Of a stretch of DNA of 64,000 nucleotides, positions 14,154-28,885 are shown in pieces. This DNA comes from Octopus vulgaris (Eukaryota), in assembly GCA_951406725.2 (NCBI GenBank), contig OX597818.1, positions 100,254,001 to 100,318,000 on the forward strand, in the 5' to 3' direction. The translations under genes were made by a program, and so were the position numbers. The notes under the pieces were generated by a model that was given only the letters and a program-made list of their open reading frames with translations, did not search any database and was not told the DNA's origin. Every line of letters begins with the position of its first letter. Positions within the stretch are counted from its first letter, which is position 1.

Positions 14154-14916
14154 AAGGACATTTAACTGCTTCTACTAACAGATCAGATCAAGTACTAACG
14201 TTGTTGTTCCGACTTTGGTTCGTGGATATACTGTTGATATAGGTAAACCTTGGTGGAGAGTTTTTTTTTTCTGTTTGGTAGCTGTCTTAGATATTTTTAT
14301 GGTGGAAGACTTTACTTCGAAATAGATTTCATAAAGACTTTATTCCTTCATACTAAGTATGGCTGACAGTCATGAATTGGAAAAGAATCCTCTGGGGAAA
14401 CGAAGTTAGTCGAGTGTGTAAGAATGTAGGAATGTGATGTTTTAGTTAGTTTCATGAGGTTATAGAAATGGGTTTCTTCAACACGATATGCTAAAATTCG
14501 CAGTGGTAGAGAAGCGTTGCAGAAATGATCGACATAATATCAGGAGAAATGGTAGATATGATACACATACAATGAAATGATTTACTGCGACAGCAGTACT
14601 GCCTGCAGCAGCAGTAGCAGCAACAGCAGCAGTAGCCGCCAAATAACATAGAAACAATATATAAAAACTAAATAGCAGTAGTAGTAGCTATAAGGCGATA
14701 AATGTGGTAGAAGATGTTTGGTAGATAGACGCGCTACAAAAGGTACTGTAGGCTTCGATATGTTACTAACAACGTGGTAAGAGGTAAGCTTGCAGGGTGT
14801 GATAATTATTAACGTAATGAACAGTAATAGATTCTGTGTGGGTTAGTGGATACGATATGAAATATATATAGAGAGATATTGTTATAACTAATACATACAC
14901 ACGCATATATATTATA

Positions 14917-15311
14917 CTAGCAGTATCGCCCGGTGTTGCTCGGGTTTGTTTCGACCCTTTAGAATTAGAATTTTTGCAAAGTAAAAATTTTGCATTATGT
15001 AGCTTGTTATTCTCTTTAAGTGAACATTTTTCTGGTTGAAATACACCGAAAAATGGTGACACAGCAGTCAAAAATATCGTAAAAAATAGGGATTTTCATA
15101 GAAAAAAAGCCCCTTTTTGAAGTAAATAATTTTTGGTGTTAACATGGTCCGATTTGAATATTTTCTTCTACTGAAGGAAGAGCATACTTTCTTCTATCAT
15201 AATCTCAAATTTGGTCAACTTGCGCCGCAGGGTCTCGGAGGAGATAGTGCTAGTTGAAGGCTACCAAACCTGCCATACACAGACAACTTCAACTTTATAT
15301 ATAGAGAGAGA
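14917..15311 (-). mobile_element. Non-autonomous Helitron
   Basis: Minus strand starts TCTCTCTCTATATATAAAGTTGAAGTTGTCTG and ends ACAAACCCGAGCAACACCGGGCGATACTGCTAG|t, with a CCCG/CGGG hairpin about 10 nt before CTAG. The 3' end is nearly identical to 57723. Confidence 0.8.
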
Positions 15312-16108
15312 TTAAAATAGCCTTATGTTTAAATCATTATGTATGAGTGAGTGAGTGAGTGTGTGGGAACAGTGTTTATATTTACGTGTGTGTACGTGCG
15401 TGTGTGTTTGTGTGTGTGTATAACGAGTAAAACTAGTGAAGTAGTTTGCCATATTGGCTGAGGGAAAATGCTCTGACAACTAAATGATAGGTAGTCGTTT
15501 GTGAGATACGTTGTAAAAGTGGTGATACGCTGCATATATGAAAGAGAGACAACGACAGAGCTGCATTATGTGCAGCAGTGAGGAAAGGATACGCTCGAAA
15601 AATTTAGACATGCAATAGAAGCTATCTGCTTGATGTGGTGTAAATGTAGCTGTGATTGATAGGGTGATAAAAGGTAGAGAGAGATGGAGAGAAAGAGGGA
15701 GAGATACACGAGAGACAGAAAGAGGGAGAGAGAGAGAGTGGGGGGGGGGAAGTTATCGTTGAGATAATTGACAGCAGTGTGTGTGATATAGAAATTAGAG
15801 AATGAATAGAACATTTGCTGTTAGAAATATGGTATAAAGCATAGGAAGGTATGATGATATAGATATATATGTTTATAGAAGTGTTATGATGTGGCATAGA
15901 ACTGAGAGACAGAGGGAGGGTGTGGGTTCAGATAAAGAAATTATGGGAAAGAGTAAGAGAGAAAATGAGAGAAAGGGTGAGAGAAAAATGTATCAATGAG
16001 ATAGAGAACAATTGAGTTTCATATACAGTAGACAAAAAACAAAAAGAGCATTAATAGAAATTACTATGGAGTGTATTTGTTATATATGTATTTACATGTG
16101 TATATACA

Positions 16109-16192
<84 letters not shown>

Positions 16193-16429
16193 ATATATAT
16201 ATATATATATATATACATATATATGTATATATATATATATTTATATAATGCATACACACAAGTTTAATTGAGAGATACGTTAGTATATGTATATAGGATA
16301 AATGCTCTTATGGTACCACATGAATTTGAATGACACAGGGATCGAACGCGGTTGTAGATGGAAATAATTTAGAGTCGAAATATATATTTTAGGGATAGCA
16401 TACTAAAGAAAGACTAGATAAAAGCGAAA

Positions 16430-16504
<75 letters not shown>

Positions 16505-16614
16505 GAAAAATAGGGGCGGGAGGAGCAACATATTAGGGGTATGAATTGTTGCGGTAAGAGATTTTCAAGAGCGGGGTGTTATGAAGTCTCTGGAAGAAGG
16601 GTTGCAGAGAGGAG

Positions 16615-16780
16615 TACAATCGATAGAAGCCACCCCTGTGTTATGTTGTTGTTATTTTATCGAAGGAGGTTAAGTCGGAAGCTTATCTGTACGTGGTCTA
16701 ACCTCAGAACGTAAATGCACGTTGTTATAATGCCAAACGGCATTTAATCTCGCACGCTAGTCTGTCTGCTACGGTACCAT
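16615..16780 (-). mobile_element. Degenerate family A SINE
   Basis: TTATTTTATCGAAGGAGG ... AACCTCAGAACGTAAA ... CGCACGCTAGTCTGTCTGC. Confidence 0.45.
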
Positions 16781-17129
16781 CATCAAGGAAGATTTAATGA
16801 TGATAGTGTATGAAGACTTTTGGATGTATGATACGTTGAGATAGAAATGTGACAGGTGGTGGTTAGGAATAAAATGTGTTGGAAAACTACTAACAAGTGA
16901 GAAATATGAGTTTGGAGTGATTCATTTTATCTCTCATTCCTGGTTCCGTGACGCATACATATAGACATGCACTCGCACAAACGCATGCACGCACAAGCAC
17001 ACACGCATACACATATATACATAATACATACATACATATACGTATATATATATAAACATATATGCATATAGACACATGCAAACATATGTAGGTATATCTA
17101 TCTATCTATCTACCTATCTTCCTGTCTAT

Positions 17130-17186
<57 letters not shown>

Positions 17187-18082
17187 ATAATAATAATAAT
17201 ATATATATATGTATGTATGTATGTATAAATAATATTTATATATATGTGAATAAGTGTATATATATATACATACATACTTATATATATGTGAATAAGTGTA
17301 TATATACATACATACTTATATATATATATATATAAAACATATATTGACGCATACATACCTACATATATACCAACAAGCATAAATAAATATATATATATAT
17401 ATATAAATATAGATGAATGTCTATACACGTATGCACATATGCATACACGTATGCACCTTACAGACACACATATATATGAGTAGACAGTATTCACATCGTG
17501 TGCTTCATCGTATATGAGTTTTAGTTTCGTTCTTTGCCGATTAGTGCGTCTCTTCCTGTCTGTATATATTATTACCTAGTTTATCCTAAACAATAAAGTG
17601 ATTAAAAAAAATATCAAACGCTTGATTATTTGTTATCATAGGTTTTAAATCAACAGGACACTTATGCAGATAATGTGATTTCGTTTTGGGCGTTGTATCT
17701 TGGATTATTTTAAAGAGCATTTCTAAAATAACAGAGGCTGGTGCACCTGTGTTTCGACACTGAATACGCGATTTGTTTAGCCAATAGTGACCACCTACGC
17801 AATGCCATCCTGATGTCAAACGTTGGAGTTAGTCATCTTCATATGTGGCTGATTGAATTAATCATATGAGGGTAATTTCAAATTGAGTTATAGACCACCA
17901 AAAGGTTTACTGAGGCTAAAACTATGTATTTATACTGTACAAATCTGTTTGTATGTATGTGTGCCTGCCTGTGCAAGTGTGTCCATGCTGTGCGCGCGCG
18001 CATTTAAAATTGATTACGCACGTGCTGAAGGAACATACACACATTCATATCTATCTATCACTCTATCTCCCTCTCTCACCCT

Positions 18083-18173
<91 letters not shown>

Positions 18174-18256
18174 AATATAGGGAGAGAGAGAGGGTGAGAG
18201 AGAGAGAGAGAGATTTATAGATAAATAGATATATAGATGAGGACAAAGTATCCAAG

Positions 18257-18300
<44 letters not shown>

Positions 18301-18954
18301 TATGAGTCGTCATTCGTTATAAAACGTAACTAGCAAAATATAACTTGTTTCCCCTAAATGTTTTAGGCTCCTGTACAGTTGCAGGCTGACACTGATAAAC
18401 TCCCGGCTCATCAGTACTTGACTCAACACAACACCGAATATGAAGCACCAACAACCGGATGGAGCGCAGTTTTGCAGCAGAGAGTAACGTGAAATATAGT
18501 GCAGGAATCGAACTCAGAACCATATGGACGTAGATCCAACACCCAAGGCCATTTCAGCGATTACCTGTTCTGCGGAAAATGTTCGCAGGAAACCAACTGC
18601 TTTTAGTTTTAGAGTCCCTATTTGACTAGAAATTATGTGTATATATTTGTGTGTGCATGTGTGTATATATCCGTCCACACGTACACACGCATCCAATTTA
18701 TCCATACCTGTATATGGGATTGTCTTGTTGGTATCTGTGTGTATAATATGTGCATCTATGCACAGCCAAAACGAAATACTTCTTACTAGACGTATACTTT
18801 TTAGAATGTGAAATAAACCCAGTTCTATACAAGCCAAACCTGTATGCGTAAATGCATAAGTTTTTTGCGGTGCTGTTTGAACAGGTAAAAATGTAGGACT
18901 GACGAATTTCATACAAGCTTATATATTTGTATATTTTTTTTTCTATTGTTTTTA

Positions 18955-19198
18955 ATTGTTTCAGTCTTTTGACTGCGGCCATGTAGGAGCACAGCTTTTA
19001 GTCGAGCAAATCGACCCCAGGACTTATTCATTGTAAGCCTGGTACTTATTCTATCCTGCTCTTTTTGTCGAACTCTAAGTTACGGGGATGTAAACACACC
19101 ACCATCAATTATCAAGCAATGTTGGTGGGAGTGGGGGGGCAAACACAGACACACAAACTCATACACACAGACATATACACACACATATATATACATAC

Positions 19199-19247
<49 letters not shown>

Positions 19248-19410
19248 CACGGGCTTCTTTCAGTTTCTGTCTACCAAATCCATTCACAAGGTTTTAGTCG
19301 GCCCAAGCCTATAGTGGAAGACACTTGCTCAAAGTGCCACGTAGTAGGACTGAACTCGGAACCATGTGGTTGGAAAGGAAGCTACTTAGAACACAGCCAC
19401 TCCTGCACCT
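18955..19410 (-). mobile_element. CORE-like SINE family B with internal microsatellite and LINE-like 3' tail
   Basis: Minus head GGTGCAGGAGTGGCTGTG...GGTTCCGAGTTCAGTCC, CORE-like GTGGCACTTTGAGCAAGTGTCTT, internal TA/TG tract, tail CATGGCCGCAGTCAAAAGACTGAAAC. Confidence 0.82.
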
Positions 19411-20053
19411 ATATATGATTATATATATATATGTGTATATATATATATACAAACGTATATATAGATATAAATGTGTCTCTGTACGTGTGTGTGTATGCGG
19501 TGGGGAAGCGATAGCCTTGTGGTACATACATTGAGAGAATGACAGAATCACGTAAGACGCGCTCATATATTCACCTCACATGTATATATATATACATGTC
19601 TGTGTGTGTTGTGTGTGTATACGTTTCGAATACTGTAGCTGTTCCTTATCCTGAACTATTCCTGATCAAGTAGGGATTTGATCGACTACGTTCCACTCGT
19701 GACCATCCCATCGTTATGTATATCGAATAACACATTTTCTAGTGTCTCCCTTTTCAGAGTCTTGAAGATTAATTCTGTGGCTCATTCTGAGATATCTAGG
19801 GACCGTAGTGCCCACCAACTACATTTTGTTTTTGTCTGTGTTTAATATTTGCGTGTCTATGTATATATAGACATACACACATATGTATATGCGCGTGTGT
19901 ATATGAGTGTGTATGTTTGCATGTATTTGTGTTGTACAAATTCAAAAGCGTTTTGAGGAAAAATTTTCACTTTTGAGGAAAAATTCTTAAATCATACAAG
20001 TTACATATGTATGCATGTATGTACGTGTGTATATATGTATGTATGTGTGTGTG

Positions 20054-20098
<45 letters not shown>

Positions 20099-20617
20099 GT
20101 ACGTGTATATATGCGTATATGCGCGCACACGTAATTTATTCAAAGTGTTGGTAAGTCGCTAACAGGTATCTCTCAATTCATGTTGTCAGACTCATGTATG
20201 TATGTATGTATGTATGTATATATACATGCGTGTGCGCGTGCGTGTGTATGTGTGTATATGTATATATGCATATGTGTATGTCGTATATATGGCAAGTCAA
20301 AGCCCAAGAAATATTTGTCAAAACTCGACGTAGCATAAATTGAATAGAATGAAGGAATGAAGGAACGAACAAGCGAAGGATTGCAGGAATTTATCATATA
20401 CTCATTTGTATACGATAGTTCAGGAATGCATGCGGGCAAGTAATATGAATTCTTAGAGAAATGAACAGTTAGACACACACATACACATATGTACATACAT
20501 ACAAACATGTCGCACACACAACATTACTGCATTACCACTTGTAGATATAAACCTTATGAAATGTAACTGAAGAGCGATTTGGTTAAAAGAATAATAATAA
20601 TAATAATTATAATAATA

Positions 20618-21215
20618 ATCTTATCTAGTAATGGCACAAGGACTAAAATTTGGGAGCAGGAATAGTCGATCACATCGGTCCCAGTACTTCACTGGTACTT
20701 AATTTACCGACCTCGAGGGGGATGAAAAGCAGAGTCGACCACGGTGGAATTTGAACTCAGAACGTAGCGGCAGACGAAATGCTGCTGAGCGTTACGTCAG
20801 ACGTACTACCTATTCTGCCAGAGCGCCGCTGAATTAACAACAACAACAATAATAATTATGATATTTTCTACTATAGGTACAAGGACTGATATTTTTTTTT
20901 GGGGGGGGGTCTGGTGGATTACATCGACCCAAGTACTCAACTGGTACTTAATTTATCGACCCCCGAACGAATGAAAGGTAAAATCGACCTCGGCGGAATT
21001 TGAACTCAGAACGTAGCGACGAATAAAATACACCTAAGCATTTCGTCCAGCGTGCTAACGATCCTGCCAGCTCGCCGCTGAATTAATAATAATAATTTCA
21101 TTTATTTGCCACCAGGGCGAAGGATGGAAAGCGTAAGGGTTTACATATAATGAAAGGATAAAAAAAAAAAGATAAAGGATTCTGCCAGCTCATCGCCTTA
21201 ATAATAATAATAATG

Positions 21216-21285
<70 letters not shown>

Positions 21286-21625
21286 TTTGGGCACAAGGCC
21301 AGAGATTTTGAGGTGAGTGGAGTAAGTCGGTTACATTAACCTCTGAACTCGGTTGGCACTTTATCTAATTGTCCCCAAATCGATGAAAGACCATGATAGT
21401 AATAGTTTCTGAATTAGGCGAAAAGGACCAATAAATATTTTGATTTGAAATGTTGCCACAGAGTCTAGTACATGACTGGTATCTTTTCTTTTTTTTTTTG
21501 TTACCGATTTTCGGGCGAATACCTGCGAGAGCTGATTTCGGTGCGATTTGAACTCAGAATATAAACAGGAAGCGAACGACAAATGCTGCACAGTATTTCT
21601 ATCCGAAGCTCTAACGACTCTGCCG
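20618..21625 (-). mobile_element. Cluster of family A SINEs separated by (TAA)n
   Basis: Near-complete copies at about 20618-20830 and 20865-21079, fragments at 21095-21198, 21283-21400 and 21535-21625. All are in the same orientation. Confidence 0.85.
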
Positions 21626-21661
21626 ATCCAATATCTTGTATACACAAACACATTTATGCAT

Positions 21662-21669
<8 letters not shown>

Positions 21670-21719
<50 letters not shown>

Positions 21720-21724
21720 CAGAC

Positions 21725-21772
<48 letters not shown>

Positions 21773-21849
21773 TAGATAGTTGATAGATAGATACATAAAT
21801 AGACAGACAGACAGTCAGACGGCCGGACAGACCGGACAGACAGACAGAC

Positions 21850-21923
<74 letters not shown>

Positions 21924-21945
21924 GGATAGATAGGTAGATGGTTAG
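21670..21945. repeat. (CA)n and (TAGA)n microsatellites
   Basis: Direct inspection. Confidence 0.95.
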
Positions 21946-22541
21946 ATAGATAACGAGATACAAACAGACACACACATACACACATACAAGGAGGGAAGAA
22001 TCAAATACTCAATATGCTACTTGTTCTTCTCTCTAATAAGATATAGCTTCCGACATATTTTTTTCCCACTCGTAATACTGTTCCCTTATAATGTTGTTTA
22101 GCCTCAGGTCAGCCCTCACCGCGTTGACCTATCAATCAGCAAAGACGATACAATTGCTGCCACCCACGTCATGTTTTCATGCATACCGTATAAAACACTG
22201 CATTTTTCCATTACCACTTCTATTCATTCATTTATTTATTTATTCGTGTTTGTTTTATTTATTTCCCGAAGGAGTCAGATTGTGATCTGCAGTATTCACG
22301 CGCTGCTATTTCTAGCCGAGCCACCAACCACGGAAGAAAAGAAGAAAATGTTACTGCTCAGGTTTAAAGCGAAAAATCGCAACAAATAAATATTAGCGTT
22401 TATATTCTGAAATTCTGTTTGATGACGAAAACTAGGCAAGTAGATAGTTCTATCCACAGATAAATATATTCATTATATCTCATACTCTTCATACATACAT
22501 GCATATAGACAGGCATAATATATATATATATATATATATAT

Positions 22542-22710
22542 GTAGGTCCCGGGTTGATCCGGGGTTAACCACAGTAAGTAAGGTACTCAATACATAGCAG
22601 AGTAAAATTAATTTATTATATAGAAGGAGCTTCTACAGGACTAGTACTGTTTCATTCAAGAGAAATCTTCATCTCTTGAATGAAACAGTACTATCCTGTA
22701 GAACTCCTTC

Positions 22711-22718
<8 letters not shown>
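22542..22718. mobile_element. Penelope-like terminal-repeat fragment forming a ~48-bp-arm hairpin, in (TA)n
   Basis: Arms at 22615-22663 and 22672-22718 are reverse complements with two single-base bulges and an 8-nt loop. Shares sequence with 5336-5460. Confidence 0.6.
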
Positions 22719-22756
<38 letters not shown>

Positions 22757-22759
22757 AAT

Positions 22760-22839
<80 letters not shown>

Positions 22840-22903
22840 TGTGTGTATATATATGTATGTATATACATATATATACACACATATACATATATATACATAT
22901 CCG

Positions 22904-22955
<52 letters not shown>

Positions 22956-23030
22956 TATATGCACATACATGTGGATGTATGTATATATATATATATACAT
23001 ATATATATGCACATACATGTGGATGTATGT

Positions 23031-23073
<43 letters not shown>

Positions 23074-23248
23074 ATACATACATGTATATATATATATATT
23101 ATATATATATATATACATACATGTATAAATATATATATATACATGTATATATACACATGTATATATATATATATACATGTGTGTGTGTGTGCATATATAG
23201 AGCATATATATATATTTTTTATATTTATATAAATATATATGTATATAA

Positions 23249-23333
<85 letters not shown>
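22719..23333. repeat. Compound (TA)n/(TG)n/(TACA)n microsatellite
   Basis: Direct inspection. Source of several spurious YI-repeat ORFs. Confidence 0.95.
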
Positions 23334-23877
23334 GTAAGGTTAGAGGCAGTGGCTTGCATACACCTGCAGTCTAGTAATCTTCGCAATCCTGAAAACTCGG
23401 CTAGTGGTTAACGGTAATGCAAGTACTGCCTGACTGCAAGCTGGCACATGTAGACTTCACTTTTCATGTCGATCTTGTGACAAGTTTTATAAATGAGAAA
23501 GAGAAGTCCTTCAAATTTTGCAAAAAAAAACAACGTTTAGATGTTTGCTTCTTTCGTAATATCTCACTCTAACACGTCTCCCACTCCCCTTAAATATTTC
23601 TCACCTTCCAAGTAATTCTGTCTGTTTGCTTCACTCTCTTTCTCTCGCAGTCTCTCTCTCTCTCTCTATCGCTGTCTCTATTTCTCCCTCTGTTCCCTAA
23701 ATGTTTATCTGTGTTTGTGAGAGCGTGCAACGGTGTGCATTTGTGTATGTATGTATGTGTATATATATATATATGATACCCACTCTTTTCCGTCGAAGGC
23801 TTTACTGCCCCAATATCAGATTATTTTCTTTAACCAATACACGGCGAATGCTTTTAAGCTTTAAACTTATAATTATA

Positions 23878-23981
<104 letters not shown>

Positions 23982-24019
23982 ATGTGTGTGTATGTATGTA
24001 TATATGAATCCATATATAT

Positions 24020-24222
24020 TCTTTTATTCTTTTATTTATTTCAGTCATTTGACTGCGGCCATGCTGCTGCACCGCCTTTAATGGAACAAATCGAACCCAG
24101 GTCTTATTATTTGTAAGCCTTAGTACTTATTCTATCGGTCTCTTTTGCCGAATCGCTAAGTTACTGTTCATCAACACCGCTTGTCAGGCGATGGGTGGGT
24201 GGGGGGCAAACACAGACACACA

Positions 24223-24267
<45 letters not shown>

Positions 24268-24428
24268 GATGGCCTTCTTTCAGTTTCCGTCTGTCAAATC
24301 CTCTCACAAGGCTTTGGTCGGTCCGAGGCTATAGTAGAAGGCCCTTGCCCTAGGTGCCACCCAGTAGGACTGAACCCGGAATCATGTGCTTGGCAAGCAA
24401 GCTACTTACCACACAGTCACTCCTTCGC
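24020..24428 (-). mobile_element. CORE-like SINE family B
   Basis: Collinear with 18955-19410: TTTCAGTCATTTGACTGCGGCCATGCTG tail, internal (TA)n, CTTGCCCTAGGTGCCAC...GGACTGAACCCGG head region. Confidence 0.82.
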
Positions 24429-25230
24429 TAAATGTATGTACGTATGTCTGTATGTCTATATGTATATATATATACATACACACACACACACATACACACA
24501 CACACACACACTAAGTATCGCTCGACGCAGCCAGCGCCTCATTCACGCATACTGTTGTATCTGCACACTCACAATTATGCATACATCTGTCGATGTAAAA
24601 CATGCATATCTGGTTATCTATACATCTATAGCTATCTGTGTATATTTTCTCCTGCAGATATCTTTTTGATGTATATACGTGCATACATACTTCCAGAAAT
24701 ATATAAGTACATGCATACATACATATACATACATACATACATACATGCATACATACATAGATACATATATACATGCATATATATATTTATATGTATTTAT
24801 ATGTATTTATATGTATATATGTGTATATATATAATTATACATCTCTCTTTCTCCCTGTATAACTGTTTGCTTATCACTTCGATTCCTATCTACTTATTAA
24901 CCAAGATCCCTGTTAAATAATGCATTGATCAGTCAATCAATTAACGCAACCACCCTTATTCTATATACATAGAGAATAAGGTTGGTTTCTCTCTCTCTCT
25001 CTATCTCCCTCTGCCTTCCCCCTATCCCACTGTTTATCTGTCTTTCAGTTCTTCTGCCTGTCTCTCTCCTTTTCTGTCTCTCTCTCTCCCTCTATTTCTC
25101 TCTTTCTATATATCTAGCTGTGAATCGATCGATCGATCTTTCTGTCTATCAGTCTATCGAGCCACTCATCTATCTATATGGGTGCATTTAACAGTCTGTT
25201 CCACTGCCTGTCTCACTGGTTCTCTATTAG

Positions 25231-25262
<32 letters not shown>

Positions 25263-25791
25263 AGTCTTTCTGTGTCTATCTCTGTCTTTCTTTCCTCTGT
25301 CTCTGTCTACCTCTGTCTGTCTGTCTGTCTTTCTCTCCCCCTCCATACTCACCTCCCACCCTCTCTCTGCTTTTATATATACATGCACAAACACAATTTC
25401 TCAATATACATGGCGTATAGATTTGAAATTCCGGCATACTGATACAAAATTCAACGCATGCACATTAGCACGGAGATTTAAACGCAAACATGCAAACGAT
25501 TATACTTTACATACAAACACACTCCAAACGCACACATAAACACGCACAAATACACATACACGTTAATACATAGATACGCATACAATTTTAGCTTTAAACG
25601 ATTTTCTATTTGACACATCTGAAAATAATATATTTATAATTCAATTCTTCTTCATTATAATTTAAGTCATAAGATACGTATAATAATCTATTCCCACCAT
25701 TTACGTTATGAAATATATTTTAGATGGATGGACACATTGTATTCATGCATACATGCAAACGTACTTGTGTATGTACGTGTCTATCTGTGTG

Positions 25792-25840
<49 letters not shown>

Positions 25841-25923
25841 ATTATATGTATATGTATCAATGTTTGCGTGGATGTACATGTCTTGTGAAAGTGGTGAGTA
25901 TAATATGAAATAGTTTTTTTTTA

Positions 25924-25968
<45 letters not shown>

Positions 25969-26224
25969 AAGGGGAAAGAGATGCAGGTTCTGGTGGGGAC
26001 TAAGGTTGTAATACTAAAAGAAGGCATTAGAATTATATGAATAAATCGTGTAATATCATTCATCAGATAATTCAAAGGCAAAGAATCCAAGCCAAATTTA
26101 AACATTTTTTTCATCATACATTTAAGATAGGTATTTTTCCCCACTGACTCTCTGTCTGTCTGCCTGTCTTTCTCGGTCTTTCTGTCTGTCTATCTATCTA
26201 TTTTTATGTCTCTCTGTCTGACCG

Positions 26225-26361
<137 letters not shown>

Positions 26362-27466
26362 GTCTATAAGTATTCTTTCCATGTATGTATATATGTATGT
26401 ATGCATGTATGTATATACCTGTCAATCAATGAATCTATAGATCTATCTCACGTCCTTCTTTCATTAATTCATTATTTCTTTTTTCTCTCTTTCTTTCTTT
26501 CATTCTTCCTTTCTCTTTCTTTCTTTCTTTCTTTCTTTATTCTCTCTTTCTATCTAATTGTCTTTGTATCTTTCTCTCTCTCTTATCTATCTATCTATCT
26601 ATGTCAGTGTGTAATCATCCGTACAATATATTTATATACATTTCATTGCATAGACACTGATACACCAAAATACGATTGGTATATATAGATAGAATATAAC
26701 TTCACCGTACATATGTGAATCATACACTTAAACCCATACACAAAGCATGTATATATGTATGGAAGCACGCATGCCTCTGTAGAATACGAAAAACAGGTGT
26801 TTTACAATTCATCCGCGTATACTCCTCAGTTTCGAAACCCTTACGGAAAACATGCTCCTAAACCTCATAACATATACCTGCATTATTCTATATTGCTGTA
26901 TTATACAGGTATCTGAAGCCGTCAAACATAAATACATAGATACATGGATACAGACGAGCACACACCCACGCACAATCACACACCAATGTGTCGATATATG
27001 CATAAATATATGCAATCGCCTGTATGTGTGTGCGTGTGTTTTACCTCTCTGCTATACACGTAGCGACATATACATTGATATAAATAAATTTCAACTCCTA
27101 TGTTATACCCGCTGCCATTCATATACTGCGAGGTACGTCTATATGATATTTTAGTTATGAAATAATAGGTATCGCAATTTTTTTTTATGTTTCAGACACC
27201 CAAATAGCCACATTTAAGTTGAGGTGGTTTCTAATAGCTACTGAAGATATTTTCACGAAACCACGAAAATGTGTGTGCATTTGTGTGTGTGTGTGTGTGT
27301 GTATGCAATTGTCATACATTCATGTGACTACAGGTTATGTGGCAAACCTCTACGTTGAGGTATATGAAATGGGGAATAGGCATTGACAAAAATAATACGT
27401 ATAAAACCCACGTAGGTTTCCATGTATGGATGTATATGTGCATGTTTGAAAGTACATATACATGCG

Positions 27467-27501
<35 letters not shown>

Positions 27502-27508
27502 GTGTGTG

Positions 27509-27555
<47 letters not shown>

Positions 27556-28316
27556 GGGTATACTGGGTATACATGTATATATGTAGGTATATATCTATGT
27601 ATCTACCTGTATGTTTACCTCTTTGTCAATATATATGAGTATGTTTGTTCTTGTGTCTGTGTGTCTGTGTGCGTGTGTGTGTGTAGTTTCATTCTAAAGT
27701 TGTACGGATTTTTGAGCGTGTGCATATATCTGTGTGGAATTTAGTAATGTATATACATAATTTTATACTGTACAGAAGGATATAACCATACGCAACGCAA
27801 ATCACATATAACAAAAAATGTATATGGGTATATATGGTAATATATATATATACAGACATTACTTGTTTACATACATATATACATCCATATGCATATACAT
27901 ACATATAGGCACGAACATGCTTGTATATAGATGCACAGAATTCTTAAATTTTGTAGGAAATGGAATGGAATGAAATGATGCATGGGCGTACAGTAAGCGT
28001 ATATACTAATATCTGAGTGTATGTAATTGAGTATGGATATATACACGTAATTATATATATGCGTGCGTGAGATTTTCTGCGTATGCGTGACTTTACAGAT
28101 ATATACATATAGCTACACACACTCATACGTACACAAACACGCATACACTCACACACACACTGACGCACACGGATGCCTACAGACTCATACATGAATACCT
28201 ATATCCATATCCTTGCGTAAGTATGCGTGTGTGCTCTCGAGCGTTTGTCTGTGTGCTTGTTTTAAAATATTGACATATAAAGGTACATATCTGTATATAC
28301 CTAAAAATATACACAC

Positions 28317-28358
<42 letters not shown>

Positions 28359-28399
28359 GCAGATATATAGACACACTCACTCGCACATACACACACGAA

Positions 28400-28461
28400 C
28401 CTACATATATATATGCATCTATCTATCTATCCATCTCTCTATCTATCTCCCTATCTGTCTA

Positions 28462-28532
<71 letters not shown>

Positions 28533-28680
28533 CCCTATCTGTCTGTCTATCTATCTATATCCCTATCTATCTGTCTGTCTATCTATTTATCTCCCTATCT
28601 GTCTGTCTGTCTGTCAGTCTCTCTCTCTATATATATAGATATATATATGTATGTGTGTGTATATATATATCTACACATAC

Positions 28681-28749
<69 letters not shown>

Positions 28750-28791
28750 CATACACATACATACATACATACATACATACACATACATACA

Positions 28792-28861
<70 letters not shown>

Positions 28862-28885
28862 CATATATATAAACATATATATAAA
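28400..28885. repeat. Compound (TCTA)n/(TCTG)n/(TA)n/(TACA)n microsatellite
   Basis: Direct inspection. Confidence 0.92.

Noticed and set aside
18367-18492. Possible 41-codon exon after TTTTAG (APVQLQADTDKL...)
   Set aside because: Its 3' part and downstream bases (AGTAACGTGAAATATAGTGC...GGAATCGAACTC) look like a decayed minus-strand CORE-like SINE. No homology recognised.
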